From: Candidatus Paracaedimonas acanthamoebae
Lineage (GTDB): Bacteria; Pseudomonadota; Alphaproteobacteria; Caedimonadales; Caedimonadaceae
Assembly (NCBI GenBank): GCA_000743035.1
Contig: CP008936.1
Coordinates: 1,230,001-1,262,000 of the forward strand
DNA length: 32,000 bases
Reading direction: 5' to 3'
Shown: piece by piece, positions 17,479-26,356 of the stretch
Layout: every line of letters starts with the position of its first letter
Position numbering within the stretch: position 1 is the stretch's first letter
Notes under the pieces: model-generated
Told to the model about the DNA's origin: nothing
What the model saw: the letters and a program-made list of their open reading frames with translations, nothing else
Databases searched by the model: none
Translations under genes and position numbers: made by a program

Positions 17479-19890
17479 TTATGATTTCTTTTTAAACGTT
17501 TTTTTCTTCTCGGGTTCTTGGTTAAAGAGTTCTAAAGCTCGTTCCAACGTCACCGTTAAAACATCATCATCCTTCCCGATTGATTTAAAAGTACTCTCGT
17601 GTTTGACATAAGGCCCAAAACGCCCAATAGCCGCCGTAATTGGCTTTCCTGTTTCGGGATGCGTCCCCACCGTGCGTGGCAAAGCTCCCAACGCTAAAGC
17701 ATCCTCAAGCGTGATACTTTCAACAGCTCTTCCTTTTGGAATCGCAACACGCTTTGGTTTTGCAACTTCTGCTTTTTTCCCTTTGCCTTTAGCCGGAACT
17801 TGAATGGGTTGCGCTTCTCCGTCCCATTGAAGATAAAAGCCATAAGGTCCTTTTCTCAAAGAAACAGTAGCATTTGATGTTGGGTCTTTTCCTAATATTT
17901 TCGGTTCAAAAACATTCTTTGGCGCTTCCTTTTCTGCAGTCTCCTGAGACTGCGCTTCTTCCTCTTTAAGCGCACCTGAAAGCTTACGGGTAAAACCGCA
18001 AGTTGGGTAATTTGAACAGCCGACAAAGGCGCCCCATTTCCCTAATTTAAGATTGAGTTTTCCCTCTTTACATTGCGGACATTGCCGAGGATCCTCAGTA
18101 CCATCCATGGTGATAAAAATTAACTTCTCAAGGTCTTTTTCTAACTGCGTAATCACATCAGCTATTTTTAATGGAGAGGCCTGTTCAACAGTCGCATAAA
18201 ACTGCTTCCAAAAATTCTCAAGCACCTTAAACCAAGAAAGCTTCCCTGTCGAAATTTCATCCAACTCTTCCTCAAGGTGAGCGGTAAAATCATATTCGAT
18301 ATATTTCGCGAAATAATTCTTCAAAAAGGCTGTTACCAAACGCCCTAAAGGCTCAGGCTTAAGTCTTTTCTTGTCGAGAGCAACATACTTACGGTCAATC
18401 AACGTTGAAATGATGGATGCATATGTTGAGGGTCGCCCGATGCCAAGTTCTTCAAGCTTTTTGACGAGGCTTGCCTCTGTATATCGCGGTGGAGGTTGCG
18501 TAAAATGTTGTTCAGGGTGAACAGCTTGCAACTTTAGGTCTTCACCTTGCAACAACGGAGGAAGGATTTGCTCTTGTTCAGACGCCTCGTCATCCTTTCC
18601 TTCTTCATAGACTTTAAGATAGCCATCAAAAGCAATCGTTGAGCCTGTGGCGCGAAGAATGATTTCTTTGCTAGAGTTTGCAATATCCACACCAACTTGA
18701 TCAAGAAGAGCAGACTCCATTTGAGAAGCGATTGTCCTTTTCCAGATAAGTTCATAAAGTTTGAAATGGTCTGCATCTAATACAGATTTAAGCATATGAG
18801 GCGCGCGCGTAAGATCGGTGGGCCGGATCGCTTCATGGGCCTCTTGAGCATTTTTGGCCTTGCTTTTATAGGTTCTTGGAGCTTCAGGACAATATGAAGA
18901 GCCATATTGTTGTTTAATAAGGTCTCGCGTTGCAAAAAGCGCTTCTTGCGCAAGGTTAACGCTATCTGTACGCATATACGTAATAAGACCAACTGTCTCT
19001 CCTCCCACTTCAAACCCTTCGTACAGGTGTTGAGCCAATTGCATTGTTTTCTTTGCACTAAAGCCTAATTTACGGGAAGCTTCTTGTTGAAGAGTTGATG
19101 TGGTAAATGGCGGTGATGGATGTCTTTTCGCTTGTTTTTTCTCGACCTCTAAAACTTTATAAAGGTGCTTTTCAATTTCAGCTTGGGCTTCTTGAGCTTT
19201 AGATTGATTAGAAAGATCAAACTTATCAAGCTTCTTTCCCTCAAGATAAGTCAATCTTGCACGTAATTGTTTTTGGGGCTGGCCTAAGAACTCAGCGCTA
19301 ATTGTCCAATATTCTTGAGAACGAAAAGCTTCAATCTCATCTTCACGTTCTGTTGTCAGCCGTAATGCCACCGATTGAACTCGACCAGCGGAGCGGCTGC
19401 CCGGTAACTTTCGCCATAAAATAGGCGAAAGCGTAAACCCAACAAGATAGTCTAAAGCGCGACGCGCTAAATATGCTTCAATTAACTCTTGATTAAGAGG
19501 CCGTGGCTGCTTAACGGCTTCAAGAATTGCTTTTTTGGTTACCTCATAAAAAACGACACGCTTGACATCAACATTTATCAAAGCTTTTTTTTGATCAAGG
19601 ACTTCTTTAACATGCCATGAAATAGCTTCTCCTTCACGATCAGGGTCGGTCGCTAGCAAAAGTTGGTCGGCTCCTTTAAGCGATTTTAAGATCTCATTGA
19701 TATGACGTTCAGCCTTGTCATCGATCTCCCACACCATGTTAAAATTCTTCTCAGGATCTACAGAACCATTGCGGGAAGGTAAATCACGAATATGCCCATA
19801 GCTGGCTAAAACCTTATAATCAGAACCTAAATATTTATTGATCGTTTTTGCCTTTGATGGCGATTCAACAACTACAACTTTCATACGCAA
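17479..19890 (-). CDS. topA: DNA topoisomerase I
   Basis: 803 aa. TOPRIM N-terminus (VVVESPSKAKTINKYLG, DPDREGEAISWH), catalytic region GLITYMRTDS, C-terminal zinc ribbon CPQCKEGKL...GCSNYPTC and a basic tail. Confidence 0.95.
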   Translation of the reverse strand: MRMKVVVVESPSKAKTINKYLGSDYKVLASYGHIRDLPSRNGSVDPEKNFNMVWEIDDKAERHINEILKSLKGADQLLLATDPDREGEAISWHVKEVLDQKKALINVDVKRVVFYEVTKKAILEAVKQPRPLNQELIEAYLARRALDYLVGFTLSPILWRKLPGSRSAGRVQSVALRLTTEREDEIEAFRSQEYWTISAEFLGQPQKQLRARLTYLEGKKLDKFDLSNQSKAQEAQAEIEKHLYKVLEVEKKQAKRHPSPPFTTSTLQQEASRKLGFSAKKTMQLAQHLYEGFEVGGETVGLITYMRTDSVNLAQEALFATRDLIKQQYGSSYCPEAPRTYKSKAKNAQEAHEAIRPTDLTRAPHMLKSVLDADHFKLYELIWKRTIASQMESALLDQVGVDIANSSKEIILRATGSTIAFDGYLKVYEEGKDDEASEQEQILPPLLQGEDLKLQAVHPEQHFTQPPPRYTEASLVKKLEELGIGRPSTYASIISTLIDRKYVALDKKRLKPEPLGRLVTAFLKNYFAKYIEYDFTAHLEEELDEISTGKLSWFKVLENFWKQFYATVEQASPLKIADVITQLEKDLEKLIFITMDGTEDPRQCPQCKEGKLNLKLGKWGAFVGCSNYPTCGFTRKLSGALKEEEAQSQETAEKEAPKNVFEPKILGKDPTSNATVSLRKGPYGFYLQWDGEAQPIQVPAKGKGKKAEVAKPKRVAIPKGRAVESITLEDALALGALPRTVGTHPETGKPITAAIGRFGPYVKHESTFKSIGKDDDVLTVTLERALELFNQEPEKKKTFKKKS

Positions 19891-19925
19891 ATCTTATATT
19901 CTCACTGTTTAAAAAATGATGACTC

Positions 19926-21086
19926 TTACCCTTTAAGAGAAATCTGACTCCCTGGATGGCGCTGTATACGTCCCGCAAGCTCAAGTTCAAGAAGAGCCAA
20001 TATAACCTCTGCTGTCGAGAAGTGACACTCTCGAATGATTTCGTCAACCCCAATTGGTGATATACTTAATAAATCCAATATGAACTGCTGTATTTTCTCC
20101 TCATTTTCTTTATTGAAAGATAAATTCTTTTGAAAATTTCGGCCCTTTTGCTGTTGCTTCAAATCAGGTTTAATTTTGCTCAAATTTTCAACTATTGAAA
20201 TAACATCATCAGCATTTTGTATAAGTGTTGCCCCCTGGCGAATTAACATATTTGCCCCATATGATCGGGGATCAAGCGGTGAACCAGGCACAGCAAAAAC
20301 TTCTCGTCCTTGTTCAAGCGCAAAACGAGCGGTTACAAGAGAACCAGACTGCTTAGCTGCTTCTATAATAATCACTCCGAGACTTAAACCCGCAATAATA
20401 CGGTTACGGCGTGGAAAAAATGAGGCTTGTGGAATCGTTCCCAAAGGAGATTCAGCAATAATTAACCCTTGTTCGGCAATTTTATCATAAAGATCTCTAT
20501 TTTCACTAGGATATATGTGATCGATCCCACCTGCTAAAACAGCTATCGTTCCAGACTTTAAGGCGCCTTGATGAGCTGCCGTATCAATCCCGCGTGCAAG
20601 CCCAGAAGCTATTTGATAGCCGCAAGCTCCTAAGTCTGTCGCTAATTTTTCTGCAAAGTGTCGCCCATTAAGTGATGCATTGCGCGCTCCCACAATTGCC
20701 AGCGCTTGTTTTTGTAAAACTTTGCGATCGCCAAAAATACTAATGACGGGGGGTGGATCAACGATGTGCTTTAAGATTTCAGGATAATCTGGCTCTGAAA
20801 AAGCGACTATATCTGCTTTTATTTTATAGTGTTCTTCAAGCTCCTTCTCAACCTCTTCTATTGAGGGAATTTTCAGCTTTCTCCTATGGATGCCTTTTAA
20901 AGTAATTTCAGGCAATATTTCTAATGTTTTTCCTGCACTACCATAATGTTGAATGAGCTCAAAAAAAGTTATAGGACCAATAGGTTCCGCTCGAGATAAA
21001 CGAATCCAGTTTATTTTTTCTTCTGAGGATAAAACTGTTGTTTCAAAAGAGTCTAAATTAACTTTTTGTTTTTTTTCTTGCTCCAA
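19926..21086 (-). CDS. dprA: DNA processing protein DprA (Smf)
   Basis: Rossmann-like DprA core: AIVGARNASLNGRHFAEKLATDL, IASGLARGIDTAAHQGAL, TIAVLAGGIDHIYPSENRDLY, IIAESPLG. C-terminal winged-helix-like part. Apparent TTG start overlapping the plsY 3-prime end by 29 nt. Confidence 0.9.
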   Translation of the reverse strand: MEQEKKQKVNLDSFETTVLSSEEKINWIRLSRAEPIGPITFFELIQHYGSAGKTLEILPEITLKGIHRRKLKIPSIEEVEKELEEHYKIKADIVAFSEPDYPEILKHIVDPPPVISIFGDRKVLQKQALAIVGARNASLNGRHFAEKLATDLGACGYQIASGLARGIDTAAHQGALKSGTIAVLAGGIDHIYPSENRDLYDKIAEQGLIIAESPLGTIPQASFFPRRNRIIAGLSLGVIIIEAAKQSGSLVTARFALEQGREVFAVPGSPLDPRSYGANMLIRQGATLIQNADDVISIVENLSKIKPDLKQQQKGRNFQKNLSFNKENEEKIQQFILDLLSISPIGVDEIIRECHFSTAEVILALLELELAGRIQRHPGSQISLKG

Positions 21087-21690
21087 TCCTTAGTTCCCTT
21101 CCCTGAATAAGGCGATAAATATTTCCTTTATGCTTTAGAGCAACGATAATGGTGACAATTAAACACCATGCAATTAAGTAAGTATCCCCAAAATAAGCAG
21201 CATAAAATGGCATTCCTATAGCCCCTAAGAGCGTTGCTAGAGAAGAATATCGGGTTGTTACTAAAGTGAGCAGCCATGTGAACATTGTACACAGCGCCAC
21301 AGGCCAAGAGAGCGCAAACAAAGCACCTGCAGCCGTTGCAGCACCCTTCCCCCCTTTAAAATCAAGCCAAGGTGTAAACATGTGCCCTAGAATCGCACTA
21401 AACCCAGCCAAATAAGCTTCCACACCATTGAATGAGACATCTAACTTATGACAAATAAGCACAGCTGCCCCCCCTTTCAATGCATCTAAAAGCAAAGTTG
21501 CAATAGCTAAAGATTTATGCCCTGTACGTAAAACATTTGTTGCACCAATATTTCCTGAGCCAATTTTACGCGGATCAATCCCTGCAAAATTTTTACTGAG
21601 TATTAAACCAAAAGGTATAGATCCGAGCCCACTTCCTATCATGATAGCAACAATTATCATAAAAGAAGAATTATCCAAGAAACACATCAT
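21058..21690 (-). CDS. plsY: glycerol-3-phosphate acyltransferase PlsY
   Basis: Polytopic membrane protein with PlsY motifs: GSGNIGATNVLRTG, GGKGAATAAG. Start trimmed to the ATG at 21690, in the context TAGGATGATG directly after the upstream stop. The longer 21753 start would overlap the upstream gene by 62 nt. Confidence 0.9.
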   Translation of the reverse strand: MMCFLDNSSFMIIVAIMIGSGLGSIPFGLILSKNFAGIDPRKIGSGNIGATNVLRTGHKSLAIATLLLDALKGGAAVLICHKLDVSFNGVEAYLAGFSAILGHMFTPWLDFKGGKGAATAAGALFALSWPVALCTMFTWLLTLVTTRYSSLATLLGAIGMPFYAAYFGDTYLIAWCLIVTIIVALKHKGNIYRLIQGRELRIGARKKTKS

Positions 21691-21691
21691 C

Positions 21692-22462
21692 CTAACTCTT
21701 TGCCTTGTCGCGAATGCATTCATATAAACTAATTGCAGCCGCGTTTGAAACATTTAATGTTGAAAAATGAGAACTCGTTGGCAAACGTGCTAGAAAATCA
21801 CAACTTTCTTGAGTTAAACGCCGCAACCCTTCACCTTCTGCCCCCAGAATAATATTTGTTTTTCCTGTCAGATTTAAATCCGCTAATAAAGTACTCCCTT
21901 TTTCATCAAGACCTACATGCCAGAAACCATATTCTTTCATTTTCTCAAGCGCACGTGCAAGATTGGTCACACGCAAGATTGAGACCCACTCAAGAGCTCC
22001 CGAGGCTGTCTTAGCAACAATAGGAGAGTTTTCATCTGGTGTATTGCGATCAGGTAATATCAGTGCTTTAGCACCAAAGGCCGCCGCTGATCTCAAAATA
22101 GCTCCTAGGTTATGAGGATCTGTAATTTGATCAAGGGTGAGCACCACACATGAGTCTTCAACATATTCGAGACTTTCAATACCTTTTTCTTCAAATCTAT
22201 TCACAAGGATAGCAACGCCTTGATGAACAGCTCCTTCTGGAAAAAGGGAATGGAACTTTTGTCGGTCTACCTTTTCAATTGAAAGATGTGGCCGCCCTGA
22301 AAGATCAAGCTCGTTAAGGAGAGAGTCTTGAAGATAAACCACCTTATAACATTGGCGCTCAATATTTAATAAAGCCGCCTTTACAGCATGGAGCCCATAA
22401 ATCCAAAACGTATTTTTATGTGTAGCAGAGTCCTGATTTTTATTCATGAGCTTTTCTAGCAT
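21692..22462 (-). CDS. rlmB: SpoU/TrmH-family RNA 2-prime-O-methyltransferase (RlmB-like)
   Basis: N-terminal substrate-binding-type segment (IYGLHAVKAALLN) and SpoU methylase motifs (DQITDPHNLGAILRSAAAFG, NIILGAEGEGL, LNVSNAAAISLYE). The RlmB versus other TrmH subfamily assignment is tentative. Confidence 0.85.
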   Translation of the reverse strand: MLEKLMNKNQDSATHKNTFWIYGLHAVKAALLNIERQCYKVVYLQDSLLNELDLSGRPHLSIEKVDRQKFHSLFPEGAVHQGVAILVNRFEEKGIESLEYVEDSCVVLTLDQITDPHNLGAILRSAAAFGAKALILPDRNTPDENSPIVAKTASGALEWVSILRVTNLARALEKMKEYGFWHVGLDEKGSTLLADLNLTGKTNIILGAEGEGLRRLTQESCDFLARLPTSSHFSTLNVSNAAAISLYECIRDKAKS

Positions 22463-22503
22463 TTTTTAAATCCTTTGTCATGAGATGTTATAAAGCTTAA
22501 GTC

Positions 22504-23730
22504 TTATACCGAACCTAAAGCTTTTTTATAAGAGGGGTGCCTCCTCAATGTTACGGTATGCATGATTAATGCAAACATTGAAGTAACGAACCCAAAGATA
22601 AAAATATTAGAAAGATGAGTGTTTGCAATCCACCCTGAAATACTTCCAGCGAGGAGAGAAGAAACACCTGAAATAATATAAAAAATACCGATGGCTGTCC
22701 CCATAATCTTTTTAGGCGCAATATCGGCTATGAGCGCTGTGAATAAAATTTGTGAGGTACTGCGTTGTGCCCCCCAAAATAAAACACCTAATAATCCAAG
22801 CCACATATCCCCCGCAAAGATAAAACATACGTTGCAAAGGATCAAAGAAACATAAGAAAAATAAAGCAATTTCTCTCGCCCTACTTTGTCTGAAAGATGC
22901 CCTATTGGATAACTGCACAAAACCGAAATAAAATTAAAAATCCCAATTGTTGCCGTACAAACAGGAAGTGGGGCTCCTAATTCTTTTAAACGTAAAGCTA
23001 AAAATCCATCACTAAAACGAGCAAGCATAAAAATGGCAGCAATTCCAATTGCCATCCAATACTTAGGAGGCAACTTTTTCATATCTACAAAAGAGATTTT
23101 GTTTCTTTCGTTAGGCACTTCAGAAGTGTTTTTTTCCTGAATATTCGTCTCATGCATATATCTCCATATAATGAACAAAGCCGCTAGGACAGGTAAAAAG
23201 CCAATCCATAAGATAAGACGGTAGTCTTCAGTGAAAAATATTAAACTAGAAACAAGCAATGGCCCTATGACACAACCGATTGTTTTTCCTGTCATCATGA
23301 TACCATAAGCTGCCCCCCTTTTGGACGAAGCACAAATGTCAGCAACATACGCATCTCGAGGAGTCGCAATAACGCCATTGCTAATGCGTTCTAATACCTT
23401 TGAAACTATGACCGCAAATGAACCATTTGCTAAAATAAAAAAAGGCTTTGAAAGCGCTGCCAAGAAAACGCCAAATATGAGGGTTGGTTTTTTCTTGCGA
23501 AAGTAATCACTGCTTACACCTGAGGAAAGTTTACTAATCTGAGATAAAGCTTCAGCAAACCCTTCTATAGCTCCCATCGAAAAAGTACTTAGGCCAAGGA
23601 CTGTCGTAATAAAGAAAGGAGAAATGCTAAAAGCCATTGCTGTTGCAACTGCAACCAATAAATTAGCAAAGGTTAAGGCCCAAATTTCTAAAGGAAGATG
23701 GGAAAATTTATTTTTTAAAAGCTTAATCAT
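22504..23730 (-). CDS. MFS transporter (substrate unknown) downstream of a cobalamin riboswitch
   Basis: 408 aa with about 12 hydrophobic segments in a 6+6 arrangement around a central charged loop (HETNIQEKNTSEVPNERNK). MFS-like loop motif GHLSDKVGREK. GGGAG lies upstream of the ATG. Confidence 0.85.
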   Translation of the reverse strand: MIKLLKNKFSHLPLEIWALTFANLLVAVATAMAFSISPFFITTVLGLSTFSMGAIEGFAEALSQISKLSSGVSSDYFRKKKPTLIFGVFLAALSKPFFILANGSFAVIVSKVLERISNGVIATPRDAYVADICASSKRGAAYGIMMTGKTIGCVIGPLLVSSLIFFTEDYRLILWIGFLPVLAALFIIWRYMHETNIQEKNTSEVPNERNKISFVDMKKLPPKYWMAIGIAAIFMLARFSDGFLALRLKELGAPLPVCTATIGIFNFISVLCSYPIGHLSDKVGREKLLYFSYVSLILCNVCFIFAGDMWLGLLGVLFWGAQRSTSQILFTALIADIAPKKIMGTAIGIFYIISGVSSLLAGSISGWIANTHLSNIFIFGFVTSMFALIMHTVTLRRHPSYKKALGSV

Positions 23731-23838
23731 TTATTTATAGCTCCCAATCTTACTTTTTACCTTAAAACATGCAAACAAATGGATAATAGATTGCAAAAGC
23801 GGAATGAGAAATAAGCGACATGTTAAAGTTTGTTGCAT
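23731..23838 (-). CDS. possible 35-codon leader/upstream ORF
   Basis: ATG at 23838 is preceded by CAAGGAAAGATC. It encodes MQQTLTCRLFLIPLLQSIIHLFACFKVKSKIGSYK. Its TAA (23733-23731) directly abuts the MFS ATG (TAAATG). It lies between the riboswitch aptamer and the transporter. Confidence 0.3.
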   Translation of the reverse strand: MQQTLTCRLFLIPLLQSIIHLFACFKVKSKIGSYK

Positions 23839-23931
23839 GATCTTTCCTTGTTAATAAGCAAAGGGTCCACGCAAAGCAATGAAATATTTTCATACGCTTT
23901 CATCAGTGCACCCCGCCTGATGTTATCGTCC

Positions 23932-24118
23932 ATTATCATAAGGCAGGTCTCCTGGCTTCTGGGTCACGGTATTCTTTATTGTCTTCCCAGGAAATCCAGT
24001 GACATTTCAAAAAGAACACTAACCAATCACAGTTGCGGGGGCAGCTCTAGCTTTGCTATTAAAACTTACTAGATTCCCTTTTAAACAGAGAAAAAACATC
24101 CCTGTACCTTAAGATAAT
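23932..24118 (-). promoter_or_regulatory. cobalamin (B12) riboswitch aptamer
   Basis: The minus strand reads ...AAAAGGGAAUCUAG...CUAGAGCUGCCCCCGCAACUGUGAUUGG...CACUGGAUUUCCUGGGAAGAC...AGAAGCCAGGAGACCUGCC. This contains the conserved GGGAA, GCUGCCCCCGCAACUGU and CACUG...GGGAAG cores and a B12 box (23942-23957). A closing helix AUUAUCUUAAGG (24118-24107) pairs 11/12 with CCUUAUGAUAAU (23943-23932). Confidence 0.85.
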
Positions 24119-24125
24119 TTTTAGA

Positions 24126-24153
24126 AACATAACAAAAAAGATTAAACCGTCAA
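24126..24153 (-). promoter_or_regulatory. putative sigma-70 promoter of the riboswitch leader
   Basis: Minus strand: TTGACG (24153-24148), 16-nt spacer, TATGTT (24131-24126). The predicted start, about 7 nt downstream, coincides with the 5-prime end of the P1 helix. Confidence 0.4.
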
Positions 24154-24199
24154 CAACTTTAATGATGGTTTCGTAAAGTCTAAGAAATATGTAAAATGC

Positions 24200-24226
24200 A
24201 GCCAAGAAGGTATAACCTTCTTAGCT
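24200..24226 (-). terminator. hairpin terminator downstream of the Sel1-repeat gene
   Basis: 11-bp stem (one G-U pair) AGCUAAGAAGG/CCUUCUUGGCU with loop UUAUA on the minus strand, followed by GCAUUUU. It lies 27 nt after the stop at 24253. Confidence 0.5.
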
Positions 24227-24252
24227 TTTAATGATAGAGAAATTTTAGTATT

Positions 24253-25575
24253 TTATATCAACGAGCGGTTATAAGCCTTTAAAATATCCTCGATTTCTTG
24301 CTTTTCTGTAGAGAATAGCTCCATTAATTTTTTATCCGCCAACCAATACTGTTGATCAGAGGCTTTTTTAAGCCATCTCTTTGCTACTTTTGGTTTACCT
24401 TGAGCTAATAACTCAAGACCATATTGATATTGAGCGACATCCAACCCTTGTGTTCCTGAAGCTGCTTCCTTGAGATGCTTCAATGCAGATTTTTCATTCC
24501 CTCTAGATTTTTCAATCATATAAAGTCGATAAAACGTATCCTTAAAGTCAGGGTTTTCTTTCGTCACAGCTAACAATAACTTATGAACTTCAAGACTAAG
24601 TGGCTCATCTATAAGCATACGACTTGCTTGCATATAGGTCTTTTTCCACTTCTCACTTGCTGTAATTCTTTCACCAACAAATGGGAAAAGGGGTACGCGC
24701 GAATGAAGGCATGGTATATTAAGCTCTGAACGTACCTTTATCTGCTCTTGCTTTATATAAAGAGCCTCAATTTGAGCATAACGTCTGTGAAGCGTATCCA
24801 GTATTTTTTCTTGTAAGGCAATACTTTTTTTATCACCTTGCTGGATAGCACGATCAAGCCATCTTAAAGCCTCTGTAGACTTCTTTTGGCGATATAAACG
24901 CTGAGCGAGCGTATATTGCGCTCCTACCTCATCAAGCTCAGCCCATAGTTTAAGTTTTTGGTTAGAAGCATTTTTAAACTTCTCATTAGTTACTAAATTA
25001 TTCAAGTATTCGCGTGTTCTTGGACTTAATGGCTGTGCAAAAAGCTGGTTCCTATCCGTAATAACTGCTCCACGTGTATGCCGTGTTGGCTTCCCAGAGA
25101 CTTCCTTAGCTTCTGGCATTTGACTATCATTTGAAGAAACTATTGTTGGTGCCATTACCTTAAATTTTAAGACAGGAACAGGTGACTTTTTTACTCTATG
25201 GGACTTTATAGCCTCTCTAGCCACAGGAAGAAAAACTGATAATTTTACTTTCTCGCGAAGGGGTTGTGGAGAAGTCTCATTCTGATCTTTTTCACTTTCA
25301 AACTCATAGCTACCTAAATCATGAATCTCTAAAGTATTCCGAAAATCTACATGTTTTCTACCACTCGATTGCTGAACTTCCATTTTAGCAACTTTAAGAG
25401 CATGCTCTTTTAATTCTCTAAGACGATCATATCTTGGCGGCAGGTTGTAAGTATGAGGTTGAAAAAGTCGAGGGGATTCATCATCGATTGTTGTGTTTTT
25501 TGAATATCCCCCAGTTACAACAACAGATAAACTAATAACAGAAGAAGAAAGAAGGGAGAGAACTTTTGAATTCAT
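24253..25575 (-). CDS. secreted Sel1-like/TPR repeat protein
   Basis: Start set at the ATG at 25575 (MNSKVLSLLSSSVISLSVVV), which has GGAGG 6 nt upstream. The C-terminal half contains Sel1-like repeats (AQYTLAQRLYRQKKSTEALRWLDRAIQQGDKKS; AQYQYGLELLAQGKPKVAKRWLKKASDQQY). Confidence 0.7.
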   Translation of the reverse strand: MNSKVLSLLSSSVISLSVVVTGGYSKNTTIDDESPRLFQPHTYNLPPRYDRLRELKEHALKVAKMEVQQSSGRKHVDFRNTLEIHDLGSYEFESEKDQNETSPQPLREKVKLSVFLPVAREAIKSHRVKKSPVPVLKFKVMAPTIVSSNDSQMPEAKEVSGKPTRHTRGAVITDRNQLFAQPLSPRTREYLNNLVTNEKFKNASNQKLKLWAELDEVGAQYTLAQRLYRQKKSTEALRWLDRAIQQGDKKSIALQEKILDTLHRRYAQIEALYIKQEQIKVRSELNIPCLHSRVPLFPFVGERITASEKWKKTYMQASRMLIDEPLSLEVHKLLLAVTKENPDFKDTFYRLYMIEKSRGNEKSALKHLKEAASGTQGLDVAQYQYGLELLAQGKPKVAKRWLKKASDQQYWLADKKLMELFSTEKQEIEDILKAYNRSLI

Positions 25576-25717
25576 AGCAGGCCTCCATAATGTTGATAGC
25601 AAAGAGTTATCTTTAAAATTCTAGAATTCTACCTTATAAAGTCAACAATATTTATCAGTAGCCAAACCAGTCATTTTAAAGTATTATTCGCCTGTTCTTA
25701 ACAAAACCCTCTCTTTA

Positions 25718-26341
25718 ATGATGCGTTTCTTAATTTTGTTACTACTACTTATCTGTATCGCTGGCGGCGCATGGCTGGGGTATATTTATACCACGCCGCA
25801 GCAACTTCCGACCGAAGCACCCGTGGTTATATTTCAAGAGAAAGAACATGGCACCCCCCATATTGGTGGCTCCTTTTCGTTGATTGATCACGAGGGAAAA
25901 CTTCGAACAGACGCTGACTTTAAAGGAAAAATCTTACTGGTTTATTTTGGATATAGCTTTTGCCCAGATATTTGTCCCAGTGCTCTTTATAATATGTCAC
26001 AAGCCTTAGATGCTCTTGGTGCAACCGCTAAAAAGATTCAGCCCCTTTTCATTACAATTGATCCTACCCGCGATACAGTGGAGCATTTGGCGCGTTATCG
26101 TGATAATTATCATCCCAGCTTCGTCATGCTGACAGGTTCTGAAGAACAAATTCAAAAGGTTATGAAAGCGTATAAGGTTCATGGAGCGAAGGTGAAGCCT
26201 GATGGAACGACGACAGAATACCTGATGGACCACACATCAATTATTTATATCATGGACCGCCAAGGGCGCTTTATCGCTCACTTCAATCATCTAACGCCAC
26301 CTAACGAGCTGAAAGAAGCTCTTATAAAAATTCTTAAATGA
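25718..26341 (+). CDS. SCO1/SenC family copper chaperone
   Basis: N-terminal TM anchor. Thioredoxin fold with LLVYFGYSFCPDICP (CxxxC) and a conserved His in MDHTSIIYIMD. Confidence 0.9.
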   Translation: MMRFLILLLLLICIAGGAWLGYIYTTPQQLPTEAPVVIFQEKEHGTPHIGGSFSLIDHEGKLRTDADFKGKILLVYFGYSFCPDICPSALYNMSQALDALGATAKKIQPLFITIDPTRDTVEHLARYRDNYHPSFVMLTGSEEQIQKVMKAYKVHGAKVKPDGTTTEYLMDHTSIIYIMDRQGRFIAHFNHLTPPNELKEALIKILK

Positions 26342-26356
26342 AAGGCTTTTCTGTAA

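Noticed and set aside
21691-21753. Longer N-terminal extension of plsY (start at 21753)
   Set aside because: It would overlap the rlmB-like gene by 62 nt and add a non-hydrophobic, non-conserved leader. The ATG at 21690, directly after the upstream stop, gives a canonical-length PlsY.
23830-24072. 80-aa plus-strand ORF
   Set aside because: It lies exactly antisense to the cobalamin riboswitch. The locally higher GC and the open frame are explained by the structured RNA.
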